Part shown: positions 27,061 to 42,000 of the stretch, one piece after another
How positions within the stretch are numbered: position 1 is the first letter of the stretch
How the letters are laid out: each line of letters begins with the position of its first letter
Assembly (NCBI GenBank): GCA_963920595.1
Contig: OY986948.1
Location: forward strand, 1 to 64,000
Source of the DNA: Eimeria praecox
Taxonomy: Eukaryota
Reading direction: 5' to 3'
DNA: 64,000 nt
Program-made: the position numbers and the translations under genes
Notes under the pieces: model-generated
Database searches by the model: none
What the model saw: the letters and a program-made list of their open reading frames with translations, nothing else
Told to the model about the DNA's origin: nothing

Positions 27061-30000
27061 CACTCATATAAGCCATAACACCTCTGCTTGCACCAAAAGG
27101 TAGAAGCTAAACCCAGCCAGCAAAACGCTGACAAACTGCAGCTGCTAAGCCACTCTTTGTGGCTTGTGCGCATGATTTCGCCCCCCAGCCTACCTCGAAG
27201 ACATCAGATTAAGCTGCCTACGCACTTGCTGCATCAGGCAGCCGTCCACTTACATGCAACGCGGATCAATCATATTCTGGCTTCCCCATGATGCAAAGTG
27301 GGGCTTACGCCACAACGGAGGTCTCCCCTTTAAAGCAAATAAGATGCTCCTCTTTTAGGGCACATCAAACGGCGGATTAAATCTTCAAATGTATACGCGC
27401 AAAGCTGTAGTCTCTGCTATAGTCCCGACGCGTACAGCAACAGTGAAGCGGAACGACCTTGTGCAAAGATGGACAGCGGCTCCAGCCTGCACAGATGAAT
27501 GAACCGGCACAAGGTCAACAGTACTGTGAAGCTAAGGAACCAGCGCTACCGAACAGCTTTAGCTGTGCTTGCGTCATTGCGATCAGGCAGAGGACGTAAC
27601 GATCCCGCCCACCCCTGGCTGCAGCACGAATGCATAGAAATTATGCATGCGGCGTTCAGCAGTGAGCAACCATCTCCGCAGTATCAACGGTTAAGCAATG
27701 GAACACAGATGCGCCATTTCGGCAACAAATTGTCAAACCTGCTCATGCCGCATGTCCATTCCGTAAAAGAGCATTTAGGTCGAAGCATTCGCGAGTTGGT
27801 ATACAGCTGTCAATGCAACAAGGAGCCAACTGCTTCAGCGATGCACGGCCGCTAGCAACGGCAGTTAGAACGACTTACGAGGTCAGTAGCACTTCCTCCA
27901 GCTGCACCTTTGTCTGTGATCCGCATCCACGTTGACGCGATTCTGCCCAACCTACTCGTTCTCAAGATCTCCTTGTACGCACTTGCTGCATGGAGTACAA
28001 CTACAATTGTGCACGCATCAGACGGGGCACGCTGGTGCACCCTGTTCGACGCGTGTTGCATCGCGCTTTGGCGACTGCCTGCACTCACCAAGTAATATGA
28101 ACACCGAAACAAGCCCTTCATCATTTCATTTACTAGCATAGAAACAAGATACACGCAAGCTAATAACATCACATGAATAATAACAGTTGTGATTAAGGCG
28201 AACTCCAGAAGCCGAACAAAGCCAGCAGCATGCTGACACGCTGCTGCTGCTAGATAACTTTGCTTAGCATGCGCGCGTGGTCTCGCGTTCCCAATCTGTA
28301 TCCGGGATACAAACACAGGCTGTCTACGCACTTCCTGTATCAGGCACTCCAAGAGGCAATGTGAAATGCTACGCAACCACATTCTGATTTTTCCTTGACG
28401 TGAAGTGGGATTTAAACGTTAACACAGCTACCGTCCCTTCCCAACAAGTAGAATGCATCTCTTCTAGGGTGTATCAAGCTGCTGACTAGCCCTTCTCATG
28501 TAAGCACGTGAAGCTTTAGTCTGTGGAGGGTTTCCCAATAGTACAGTAACACTGCAGGCGGAAAACGCAGCACAGCGTCAAACAGCAGCTTTAGCCTTCA
28601 CAAGTGCATGGAGGGCCACAAAGTTAAATAATGCTGATCAACTGAGACAGCGAAGCTAACAAAACGCTGAATCTGTGCAGCCGCCACCAAAATCAAGTAA
28701 AAACGTGACGGTCACGACCAACGCTTGCTGCACCATGGATACTAAGAAATTATGTTTGCGATATTGAAAGGACAATGTCAACTGCTTCGCAATGGAACAC
28801 GGTCCCAGCAGCTTCTCAACAAATTTTCAACGGCGCCCATGTTACAGCACCTGGCAGTAATCGGAGGGTCGGGAAAAAGCACCCACAAACTGTCATAGAG
28901 CCATCATACAGCAGAGCACCAACTGCGGCTGTGGAACAGGACCACTCGAGATGCCTGTAGCAACGGTGTACGAGCTCAGCAACGCTTTACAAACGTTTAA
29001 CGCTTTTTGTTCATGCGCGCCTGCGTCTACGTGGTTCCGCTCAAGCAACCGATTACCATGTTTTCCGTATACACACTTCCTGCATTGCATGTAGCCACAT
29101 TTATGCCTAAAGCAGTGAGAACGCACTTTCCCTCGCTGCTCGATGCGCCTTGTAGCACCTTACACAGTCCGCCTCTTCGCAACAAGCATGGACCCTACCA
29201 CCGCATGCACATCTCCTTCTTCCGCTAACAGGAAACAAAAGATATGCATGTGGACTAATTACTTCACACGAGCAATAGCAACTGTAGTTGCGGCAAACTG
29301 CAGACGCCAGATGCTGCCACCAGCGACCTGACAAACTGGCGCTGCTGAACCGCTTTGCTTAGCTTGTGAGCATGGCGCCACATTAGCAGGCCAGCTACAA
29401 GCTACAAGACTACGCTATCTACGCACCCGCTGAACCAGGCATTCTCCCACCAATACGCAGCTCAGCGCAATCATATTCTGATTTTCCCCTGATGCGCACT
29501 AATTTAAAGCCATAACACGGGTATCTCCCTCTTCAACCAAATAGCATCCATCTACTCTACGGCACATCAAGCTCTCAACTAAACCTTCCCATACACAGGC
29601 CGGCACAGCTGTAGTCTCTGGAGGATTTCAGGAGCGTGCACTGTCTCAGTGCTTCCTCCACTCCAGTACAGTAGACGAACTGACGGTCACATCCAGCGCT
29701 AGCTGCGTCACCATGCATAGAAATTATCCATCCGGTGTTGACCGCACAACCAGCAATGCCGCAGTATCCACTGCTTCGCAATGAAAGACAGTCGTTGCGT
29801 CTTTACTATCAATAGCAAAACGCCCCTATGCCGGAGGTCCCTTCAGCAACTAAGCACTCAGGCAGAAAGCCTCACGAGCTGTTAAGCAGGCGTCAAACAA
29901 TGCAGCGCGGGACTAACTCCTTCTATGATGCTGGAGCCATTCGCAAGGGTGACTGCAGCGACGCTACAGGCTCGGAACCCTCTGCAAACGTGCAACGTTT

Positions 30001-33000
30001 CTCTGTGGTGCGTCTAGGCCTATGCGAGTCTACCCAGCTAACGGATTCCAAAGCTTGTCCATTTGCCCACTGACTGCATTGTCCTTATCCACAACTATGC
30101 TGACAACAATAAGAACAAGCGTTAGCGCGCCAGTTGATGCATGCTGCCACACCCAACAGCGCTGCCCTATTCTCAACAAGCAATGAGCATGCCACCACAT
30201 AGACATTTCCTATTTTGGTGAGCAGGGATCCAACGGGATACATAGAGGCTGCCTGCACTCATACAAGCCATACAATTGTGCTTGCAGCAAAAGGCAGAAG
30301 CTAAACGCAGCCAGCAAAACGCTGACAAACTGCAGCTGCTAAGCCACTCTTTGTGGCTTGTGCGCATGATTTCGCCCCCCAGCCTACCTCGAAGACATCA
30401 GATTAAGCTGCCTACGCACTTGCTGCATCAGGCAGCCGTCCACTTACATGCAACGCGGATCAATCATATTCTGGCTTCCTCGTGATGCAAAGTGGGGCTT
30501 ACGCCACAACGGAGGTCTCCCCTTTAAAGCAAATAAGATGCTCCTCTTTTAGGGCACATCAAACGGCGGATTAAATCTTCAAATGTACACTCGCAAAGCT
30601 GTACTGTTTGCGATATTCCCGAAGAGTACAGCAACAGTGAAGCGGAATGACCTTGTGCAAAGATGGACAGCGGCTCCAGCCTGCACAGATGAATGAACCG
30701 GCACAAGGTCAACAGTACTGTGAAGCTAAGGAACCAGCGCTACCGAACAGCTTTAGCTGTGCTTGCGTCACTGCGATCAGGCAGAGGACGTAACGATCCC
30801 GCCCACCCCTGGCTGCAGCACGAATGCATAGAAATTATGCATGTGGCGTTCAGCAGTGAGCAACCATCTCCGCAGTATCAACTGTTAAGCAATGGAACAC
30901 AGATGCCATTTCCGCAACAAATTGTCAAACCTGCTCATGCCGCATGTTCATTCCGTAAAAGAGCATTTAGGTCGAAGCATTCGCGAGTTGGTATACAGCT
31001 GTCAATGCAGCAAGGAGCCAACTGCTTCAGCGATGCACGGCCGCTAGCAACGGCAGTTAGAACGACTTACGAGGTCAGTAGCACTTCCTCCAGCTGCACC
31101 TTTGTCTGTGATCCGCATCCACGTTGACGCGATTCTGCCCAACCTACTCGTTCTCAAGATCTCCTTGTACGCACTTGCTGCATGGAGTACAACTACAATT
31201 GTGCTCGCATCAGAGGGGGAACGCTGGTGCGCCCTGTTCGACGCGTGTTGCATCGCGCTTTGGCGACTGCCTGCACTCACCAAGTAATATGAACACCGAA
31301 ACAAGCCCTTCATCATTTCATTTACTAGCATAGAAACAAGATACACGCAAGCTAATAACACCACATGAATAATAGCAGTTGTGATTAAGGCAAACCCCAG
31401 AAGCCGAACAAAGCCAGCAGCATGCTGACACGCTGCTGCTGCTAGATAACTTTGCTTAGCATGCGCGCGTGGTCTCGCGTTCCCAATCTGTATCCGGGAC
31501 ACAAAGGCAGACTGTCTACGCACTTGCTGTATCAGGCACTCCAAGAGGCAATGTGAAATGCTACGCAACCACATTCTGATTTTTCCTTGACGTGAAGTAG
31601 GATTTAAACGTTAACACAGCTACCGTCCCTTCCCAACAAGTAGAATGCATCTCTTCTAGGGTGTATCAAGCTGCTGACTAGCCCTTCTAATGTAAGCGAG
31701 TGAAGCTTTAGTCTGTGGAGGGTTTCCCAATAGTACAGTAACACTGCAGGCGGAAAACGCAGCACAGCGTCAAACAGCAGCTTTAGCCTTCACAAGTGTA
31801 TGGAGGGCCAGAAGGTTAAATAATGCTGATCAACTGAGACAGCGAAGCTAACAAAACGCTGAATCTGTGCAGCCGCCACCAAAATCAAGTAAAAACGTGA
31901 CGGTCACGACCAACGCTTGCTGCACCATGGATACTAAGAAATTATGTTTGCGACATTGAAAGGACAATGTCAACTGCTTCGCAATGGAACACGGTCCCAG
32001 CAGCTTCTCAACAAATTTTCAACGGCGCCCATGTTACAGCACCTGGCAGTAATCGGAGGGTCGGGAAAAAGCACCCACAAACTGTCATAGAGCCATCATA
32101 CAGCAGAGCACCAACTGCGCCTGCGACACAGGGCCACTCGAGATGCCTGTAGCAACGGTGTACGAGCTCAGCAACGCTTTACAAGCGTTTAACGCTTTTT
32201 GTTCATGCGCGCCTGCGTCTACGTGGTTCCGCTCAAGCAACCGATTACCATGTTTTCCGTATACACACTTCCTGCATTGCATGTAGCCACATGTATGCTC
32301 AAAAAGCAGTGAGAACGCACTTTCCCTCGCTGCTCGATGCGCCTTGTAGCACCTTACACAGTCCGCCTCTTCGCAACAAGCATGGACCCTACCACCGCAT
32401 GCACATCTCCTTCTTCCGCTAACAGGAAACAAAAGATATGCATGTGGACTAATTACTTCACACGAGCAATAGCAACTGTAGTTGCGGCAAACTGCAGACG
32501 CCAAATGCTGCCACCAGCGACCTGACAAACTGGCGCTGCTGAACCGCTTTGCTTAGCTTGTGAGCATGGCGCCACATTAGCAGGCCAGCTACAAGCTACA
32601 AGACTACGCTATCTACGCACTTCCTGAACCAGGCATTCTCCCACCAATACGCAGCTCAGCGCAATCATATTCTGATTTTCCCCTGATGCGCACTAATTTA
32701 AAGCCATAACACGGGTATCTCCCTGTCCAACCAAATAGCATCCATCTACTCTACGGCACATCAAGCTCTCAACTAAACCTTCCCATACACAGGCCGGCAC
32801 AGCTGTAGTCCCTGGAGGATTTCAGGAGCGTGCACTGTCTCAGTGCTTCCTCCACTCCAGTACAGTAGACGAACTGACGGTCACATCCAGCGCTAGCTGC
32901 GTCACCATGCATAGAAATTATCCATCCGGTGTTGACCGCACAACCAGCAATGCCGCAGTATCCACTGCTTCGCAATGAAAGACAGTCGTTGCGTCTTTAC

Positions 33001-36000
33001 TATCAATAGCAAAACGCCCCTATGCCGGAGGTCCCTTCAGCAACTAAGCACTCAGGCAGAAAGCCTCACGAGCTGTTAAGCAGGCGTCAAACAATGCAGC
33101 GCGGGACTAACTCCTTCTATGATGCTGGAGCCATTCGCAAGGGTGACTGCAGCGACGCTACAGGCTCGGAACCCTCTGCAAGCGTGCAACGTTTCTCTGT
33201 GATGCGTCTAGGCCTATGCGAGTCTACCCAGCTAACGGATTCCAAAGCTTGTCCATTTGCCCACTGACTGCATTGTCCTTATCCACAACTATGCTGACAA
33301 CAATAAGAACAAGCGTTAGCGCGCCAGTTGATGCATGCTGCCACACCCAACAGCGCTGCCCTACTCTCAACAAGCAATGAGCATGCCACCACATAGACAT
33401 TTCTTATTCTGGTGAGCAGGGATCCAACGGGATACATAGAGGCTGCCTGCACTCATACAAGCCATACAATTGTGCTTGCAGCAAAAGGCAGAAGCTAAAC
33501 GCAGCCAGCAAAACGCTGACAAACTGCAGCTGCTAAGCCACTCTTTGTGGCTTGTGCGCATGATTTCGCCCCCCAGCCTACCTCGAAGACATCAGATTAA
33601 GCTGCCTACGCACTCGCTGCATCAGGCAGCCGTCCACTTACATGCAACGCGGATCAATCATATTCTGGCTTCCTCGTGATGCAAAGTGGGGCTTACGCCA
33701 CAACGGAGGTCTCCCCTTTAAAGCAAATAAGATGCTCCTCTTTTAGGGCACATCAAACGGCGGATTAAATCTTCAAATGTACACTCGCAAAGCTGTACTG
33801 TTTGCGATATTCCCGAAGAGTACAGCAACAGTGAAGCGGAATGACCTTGTGCAAAGATGGACAGCGGCTCCAGCCTGCACAGATGAATGAACCGGCACAA
33901 GGTCAACAGTACTGTGAAGCTAAGGAACCAGCGCTACCGAACAGCTTTAGCTGTGCTTGCGTCACTGCGATCAGGCAGAGGACGTAACGATCCCGCCCAC
34001 CCCTGGCTGCAGCACGAATGCATAAAAATTATGCATGCGGCGTTCAGCAGTGAGCAACCATCTCCGCAGTATCAACTGTTAAGCAATGGAACACAGATGC
34101 CATTTCCGCAACAAATTGTCAAACCTGCTCATGCCGCATGTTCATTCCGTAAAAGAGCATTTAGGTCGAAGCATTCGCGAGTTGGTATACAGCTATCAAT
34201 GCAGCAAGGAGCCAACTGCTTCAGCGATGCACGGCCGCTAGCAACGGCAGTTAGAACGACTTACGAGGTCAGTAGCACTTCCTCCAGCTGCACCTTTGTC
34301 TGTGATCCGCATCCACGTTGACGCGATTCTGCCCAACCTACTCGTTCTCAAGATCTTCTTGTACGCACTCGCTGCATGGAGTACAACTACAATTGTGCTC
34401 GCATCAGAGGGGGAACGCTGGTGCGCCCTGTTCGACGCGTGTTGCATCGCGCTTTGGCGACTGCCTGCACTCACCAAGTAATATGAACACCGAAACAAGC
34501 CCTTCGTTATTTCATTTACTAGCATAGAAACAAGATACACGCAAGCTAATAACATCACATGAATAATAACAGTTGTGATTAAGGCGAACTCCAGAAGCCG
34601 AACAAAGCCAGCAGCATGCTGACACGCTGCTGCTGCTAGATAACTTTGCTTAGCATGCGCGCGTGGTCTCGCGTTCCCAATCTGTATCCGGGACACAAAG
34701 GCAGACTGTCTACGCACTTGCTGTATCAGGCACTCCAAGAGGCAATGTGAAATGCTACGCAACCACATTCTGATTTTTCCTTGACGTGAAGTAGGATTTA
34801 AACGTTAACACAGCTACCGTCCCTTCCCAACAAGTAGAATGCATATCGTCTAGGGTGTATCAAGCTGCTGACTAGCCCTTCTCATGTAAGCACGTGAAGC
34901 TTTAGTCTGTGGAGGGTTTCCCAAAAGTACAGTAACACTGCAGGCGGAAAACGCAGAACAGCGTCAAACAGCAGCTTTAGCCTTCACAAGTGTATGGAGG
35001 GCCACAAGGTTAAATAATGCTGATCAACTGAGACAGCGAAGCTAACAAAACGCTGAATCTGTGCAGCCGCCACCAAAATCAAGTAAAAACGTGACGGTCA
35101 CGACCAACGCTTGCTGCACCATGGATACTAAGAAATTATGTTTGCGACATTGAAAGGACAATGTCAACTGCTTCGCAATGGAACACGGTCCCAGCAGCTT
35201 CTCAACAAATTTTCAACGGCGCCCATGTTACAGCACCTGGCAGTAATCGGAGGGTCGGGAAAAAGCACCCACAAACTGTCATAGAGCCATCATACAGCAG
35301 AGCACCAACTGCGCCTGCGACACAGGGCCACTCGAGATGCCTGTAGCAACGGTGTACGAGCTCAGCAACGCTTTACAAACGTTTAACGCTTTTGTTCATG
35401 CGCGCCTGCGTCTACGTGGTTCCGCTCAAGCAACCGATTACCATGTTTTCCGTATACACACTTCCTGCATTGCATGTAGCCACATTTATGCCTAAAGCAG
35501 TGAGAACGCACTTTCCCTCGCTGCTCGATGCGCCTTGTAGCACCTTACACAGTCCACCGCTTCGCAACAAGCATGGACCCTACCACCGCATGCACATCTC
35601 CTTCTTCCGCTAACAGGAAACAAAGATATGCATGTGGACTAATTACTTCACACGAGCAATAGCAACTGTAGTTGCGGCAAACTGCAGACGCCAGATGCTG
35701 CCACCAGCGACCTGACAAACTGGCGCTGCTGAACCGCTTTGCTTAGCTTGTGAGCATGGCGCCACATTAGCAGGCCAGCTACAAGCTACAAGACTACGCT
35801 ATCTACGCACCCGCTGAACCAGGTGTTCCTCCACTATTACGCATCTCAGCGCAATCATATTCTGATTTTCCCCTGGTGCGCACTAATTTAAAGCCATAAC
35901 ACACGTATCTCCCTCTTCAACCAAATAGCATCCATCTACTCTACGGCACATCAAGCTCTCAACTAAACCTTCCCATACACAGGCCGGCACAGCTGTAGTC

Positions 36001-39000
36001 TCTGGAGGATTTCAGGAGCGTGCACTGTCTCGGTGCTTCCTCCACTCCAGTACAGTAGACGCACTGACGGTCCCATCCAGCGCTAGCTGCGTCACCATGC
36101 ATAGAAATTATCCTTGCGGTGTTTAATTCACGAAACGCAATGTCGCAATATCCACTTCTTCGCAATGAACGACGGTCGTTGCGTCTTTACTAACAATAGC
36201 CAACGCCCCCCCAAGCCGCAAATCCTGCACCTTGATGAATGTTTAGGCAAAACCGCGCACGAGCTCGTATGCATCAACCAATGGATGAGGTACCCAACCG
36301 CTTCGGTGAACCTGGGTCCGCTCGTAAGCATATTCCCTACCACCACCGACGCCCCTATCGCAGAAAGAAGGCTTCACGCTTTCCGCTCATGCGGGCCTGC
36401 GTCTACGTGGTTCCGCTCAAACAACCGATTACCATGCTTTCCGTATACACACTTCCTGCATTGCATGTAGCCACATTTATGCCTAAGGCAGTGAGGACGC
36501 ACTTTCCCTCGCTGCTCGATGCGCCTTGTTGCACCTTACACAGTCCGCCTCTTCGCAACAAGCATGGACCCTACCACCGCATGCACATCTCCTTCTTCCG
36601 CTAACAGGAAACAAAAGATATGCATGTGGACTAATTACTTCACACGAGCAATAGCAACTGTGGTTGCGGCAAACTGCAGACGCCAAATGCTGCCACCAGC
36701 GACCTGGCGAACTGGCGCCGCTGAACCGCTTTGCTTAGCTTGTGAGCATGGCGCCACCTTAGCAAGCCAGCTACAAGGTACAAGACTACGCTATCTACGC
36801 ACCTCCTGAACCAGGCATTCTCCCACCAATACGCAGCTCAGCGCAATCATATTCTGATTTTCCCCTGATGCGCACTAATTTAAAGCCATAACACAGGTAT
36901 CTCCCTCTTCAACCAAATAGCATCCATCTGCTCTACGGCACATCAAGCTCTCAACTAAACCTTCCCATACACAGGCCGGCACAGCTGTAGTCTCTGGAGG
37001 ATTTCAGGAGCGTGCACTGTCTCGGTGCTTCCTCCACTCCAGTACAGTAGACGAACTGACGGTCACATCCAGCGCTAGCTGCGTCACCATGCATAGAAAT
37101 TATCCATCCGGTGTTGACCGCACAACCAGCAATGCCGCAGTATCCACTGCTTCGCAATGAAAGACAGTCGTTGCGTCTTTACTATCAATAGCAAACGCCC
37201 CTATGCCGGAGGTCCCTTCAGCAACTGAGCATTCAGGCAGAAAGCCTCACGACCTGTTAAGCAGGCGTCAAACAATGCAGCGCGGGACTAACTCCTTCTA
37301 TGATGCTGGAGCCATTCGCAAGGGTGACTGCAGCGACGCTACAGGCTCGGAACCCTCTGCAAGCGTGCAACGTTTCTCTGTGATGCGTCTAGGCCTATGC
37401 GAGTCTACCCAGCTAACGGATTCCAAAGCTTGTCAATTTGCCCACTGACTGCATTGTCCTTATCCACAACTATGCTGACAACAATAAGAACAAGCGTTAG
37501 CGCGTTAGTTGATGCATGCTGCCACACCCAGCAGCGCTGCACTATTCTCAACAAGCAATGCGCTTGCCACCACATAGACATTTCCTATTTTGGTGAGCAG
37601 GGATCCAACGGGATACATGGAGGCTACCTGCACTCATACAAGCCATACAATTGTGCTTGCAGCAAAAGGCAGAAGCTAAACCCAGCCAGCAAAACGCTGA
37701 CAAGCCGCAGCTGCTAAGCCACTCTTTGTGGCTTGTGCGCATGATTTCGCCTCCCAGCCTACCTCGAAGACATCAGATTAAGCTGCCTACGCACTTGCTG
37801 CATCAGGCAGCCGTCTACTTACATGCAACGCAGATCAATCATATTCTGGCTTCCCCATGATGCAAAGTGGGGCTTACGCCACAACGGAGGTCTCCCCTTT
37901 AAAGCAAATAAGATGCTCCTCTTTTAGGGCACATCAAACGGCGGATTAAATCTTCAAATGTACACTCGCAAAGCTGTACTGTTTGCGATATTCCTGAAGC
38001 GTACAGCAACAGTGAAGCGGAATGACCTTGTGCAAAGATGGACAGCGGCTCCAGCCTGCACAGATGAATGAACTGGCACAAGGTCAACAATACTGTGAAG
38101 CTAAGGAACCAGCGCTACCGAACAGCTTTAGCTGTGCTTGCGTCACTGCGATCAGGCAGAGGACGTAACGATCCCGCCCACCCCTGGCTGCAGCACGAAT
38201 GCATTGAAATTATGCATGTGGCGTTCAGCAGTGAGCAACCATCTCCGCAGTATCAACTGTTAAGCAATGGAACACAGATGCCATTTCCGCAACAAATTGT
38301 CAAACCTGCTCATGCCGCATGTTCATTCCGTAAAAGAGCATTTAGGTCGAAGCATTCGCGAGTTGGTATACAGCTATCAATGCAACAAGGAGCCAACTGC
38401 TTCAGCGATGCACGGCCGCTAGCAACGGCAGTTAGAACGACTTACGAGGTCAGTAGCACTTCCTCCAGCTGCACCTTTGTCTGTGATCCGCATCCACGTT
38501 GACGCGATTCTGCCCAACCTACTCGTTCTCAAGATCTTATTGTACGCACTCGCTGCATGGAGTACAACTACAATTGTGCTCGCATCAGAGGGGGAACGCT
38601 GGTGCGCCCTGTTCGGCGCGTGTTGCATCGCGCTTTGGCGACTGCCTGCACTCACCAAGTAATATGAACACCGAAACAAGCCCTTCGTTATTTCATTTAC
38701 TAGCATAGAAACAAGATACACGCAAGCTAATAACATCACATGAATAATAACAGTTGTGATTAAGGCAAACTCCAGAAGCCGAACAAAGCCAGCAGCATGC
38801 TGACACGCTGCTGCTGCTAGATAACTTTGCTTAGCATGCGCGCGTGGTCTCGCGTTCCCAATCTGTATCCGGGACACAAAGGCAGACTGTCTACGCATTT
38901 GCTGTATCAGGCACTCCAAGAGGCAATGTGAAATGCTACGCAACCACATTCTGATTTTTCCTTGACGTGAAGTAGGATTTAAACGTTAACACAGCTACCG

Positions 39001-42000
39001 TCCCTTCCCAACAAGTAGAATGCATCTCTTCTAGGGTGTATCAAGCTGCTGACTAGCCCTTCTAATGTAAGCGAGTGAAGCTTTAGTCTGTGGAGGGTTT
39101 CCCAATAGTACAGTAACACTGCAGGCGGAAAACGCAGCACAGCGTCAAACAGCAGCTTTAGCCTTCACAAGTGTATGGAGGGCCAGAAGGTTAAATAATG
39201 CTGATCAACTGAGACAGCGAAGCTAACAAAACGCTGAATCTGTGCAGCCGCCACCAAAATCAAGTAAAAACGTGACGGTCACGACCAACGCTTGCTGCAC
39301 CATGGATACTAAGAAATTATGTTTGCGACATTGAAAGAACAATGTCAACTGCTTCGCAATGGAACACGGTCCCAGCAGCTTCTCAACAAATTTTCAACGG
39401 CGCCCATGTTACAGCACCTGGCAGTAATCGGAGGGTCGGGAAAAAGCACCCACAAACTGTCATAGAGCCATCATACAGCAGAGCACCAACTGCGCCTGCG
39501 ACACAGGACCACTCGAGATGCCTGTAGCAACGGTGTACGAGCTCAGCAACGCTTTACAAACGTTTAACGCTTTTTGTTCATGCGCGCCTGCGTCTACGTG
39601 GTTCCGCTCAAGCAGCTGACTACCATGCTTTCCGTATGCACGCTTCCTGCATTGCATGTAGCCACATGTATGCTTAAAGCAGTGAGAACGCACTTTCCCT
39701 CGCTGCTCGATGTGCCTTGTTGCACCTTACACAGTCCGCCTCTTCGCAACAAGCATGGACCCTACCACCGCATGCACATCTCCTTCTTCCGCTAACAGGA
39801 AACAAAAGATATGCATGTGGACTAATTACTTCACACGAGCAATAGCAACTGTGGTTGCGGCAAACTGCAGACGCCAAATGCTGCCACCAGCGACCTGACA
39901 AACTGGCGCTGCTGAACCGCTTTGCTTAGCTTGTGAGCATGGCGCCACCTTAGCAAGCCAGCTACAAGCTACAAGACTACGCTATCTACGCACCTCCTGA
40001 ACCAGGCATTCTTCCACTAATACACAGCTCAGCGCAATCATATTCTGATTTTCCCCTGATGCGCACTAATTTAAAGCCATAACACAGGTATCTCCCTCTT
40101 CAACCAAATAGCATCCATCTACACTACGGCACATCAAGCTCTCAACTAAACCTTCCCATACACAGGCCGGCACAGCTGTAGTCCCTGGAGGATTTCAGGA
40201 GCGTGCACTGTCTCGGTGCTTCCTCCACTCCAGTACAGTAGACGAACTGACGGTCCCATCCAGCGCTAGCTGCGTCACCATGCATAGAAATTATCCATCC
40301 GGTGTTGACCGCACAACCAGCAATGCCGCAGCATCCACTGCTTCGCAATGAAAGACAGTCGTTGCGTCTTTACTATCAATAGCAAACGCCCCTATGCCGG
40401 AGGTCCCTTCAGCAACTGAGCATTCAGGCAGAAAGCCTCACGACCTGTTAAGCAGGCGTCAAACAATGCAGCGCGGGACTAACTCCTTCTATGATGCTGG
40501 AGCCATTCGCAAGGGTGACTGCAGCGACGCTACAGGCTCGGAACCCTCTGCAAACGTGCAACGTTTCTCTGTGATGCGTCTAGGCCTATGCGAGTCTACC
40601 CAGCTAACGGATTCCAAAGCTTGTCCATTTGCCCACTGATTGCATTATCCTTATCCACAACTATGCTGACAACAATAAGAACAAGCGTTAGCGCGTTAGT
40701 TGATGCATGCTGCCACACCCAACAGCGCTGCCCTACTCTCAACAAGCAATGAGCATGCCACCACATAGGCATTTCCTATTTTGGTGAGCAGGGATCCAAC
40801 GGGATACATGGAGGCTACCTGCACTCATACAAGCCATACAATTGTGCTTGCAGCAAAAGGCAGAAGCTAAACCCAGCCAGCAAAACGCTGACAAGCCGCA
40901 GCTGCCACTCTTTGTGGCTTGTGCGCATGATTTCGCCTCCCAGCCTACCTCGAAGACATCAGATTAAGCTGCCTACGCACTTGCTGCATCAGGCAGCCGT
41001 CTACTTACATGCAACGCAGATCAATCATATTCTGGCTTCCCCATGATGCAAAGTGGGGCTTACGCCACAACGGAGGTCTCCCCTTTAAAGCAAATAAGAT
41101 GCTCCTCTTTTAGGGCACATCAAACGGCGGATTAAATCTTCAAATGTACACTCGCAAAGCTGTACTGTTTGCGATATTCCCGAAGAGTACAGCAACAGTG
41201 AAGCGGAATGACCTTGTGCAAAGATGGACAGCGGCTCCAGCCTGCACAGATGAATGAACCGGCACAAGGTCAACAGTACTGTGAAGCTAAGGAACCAGCG
41301 CTACCGAACAGCTTTAGCTGTGCTTGCGTCACTGCGATCAGGCAGAGGACGTAACGATCCCGCCCACCCCTGGCTGCAGCACGAATGCATTGAAATTATG
41401 CATGTGGCGTTCAGCAGTGAGCAACCATCTCCGCAGTATCAACTGTTAAGCAATGGAACACAGATGCGCCATTTCGGCAACAAATTGTCAAACCTGCTCA
41501 TGCCGCACGTTCATTCCGCAAAAGAGCATTTAGGTCGAAGCATTCGCGAGTTGGTATACAGCTGTCAATGCAGCAAGGAGCCAACTGCTTCAGCGATGCA
41601 CGGCCGCTAGCAACGGCAGTTAGAACGACTTACGAGGTCAGTAACACTTCCTCCAGCTGCAGCATTGTCTGTGATCCGCATCCACGTTGACGCGATTCTG
41701 CCCAACCTACTCGTTCTCAAGATCTTATTGTACGCACTTGCTGCATGGAGTACAACTACAATTGTGCTCGCATCAGAGGGGGAACGCTGGTGCGCCCTGT
41801 TCGACGCGTGTTGCATCGCGCTTTGGCGACTGCCTGCACTCACCAAGTAATATGAACACCGAAACAAGCCCTTCGTTATTTCATTTACTAGCATAGAAAC
41901 AAGATACGCGCAAGCTAATAACACCACATGAATAATAACAGTTGTGATTAAGGCGAATTCCAGAAGCCGAACAAAGCCAGCAGCATGCTGACACGCTGCT

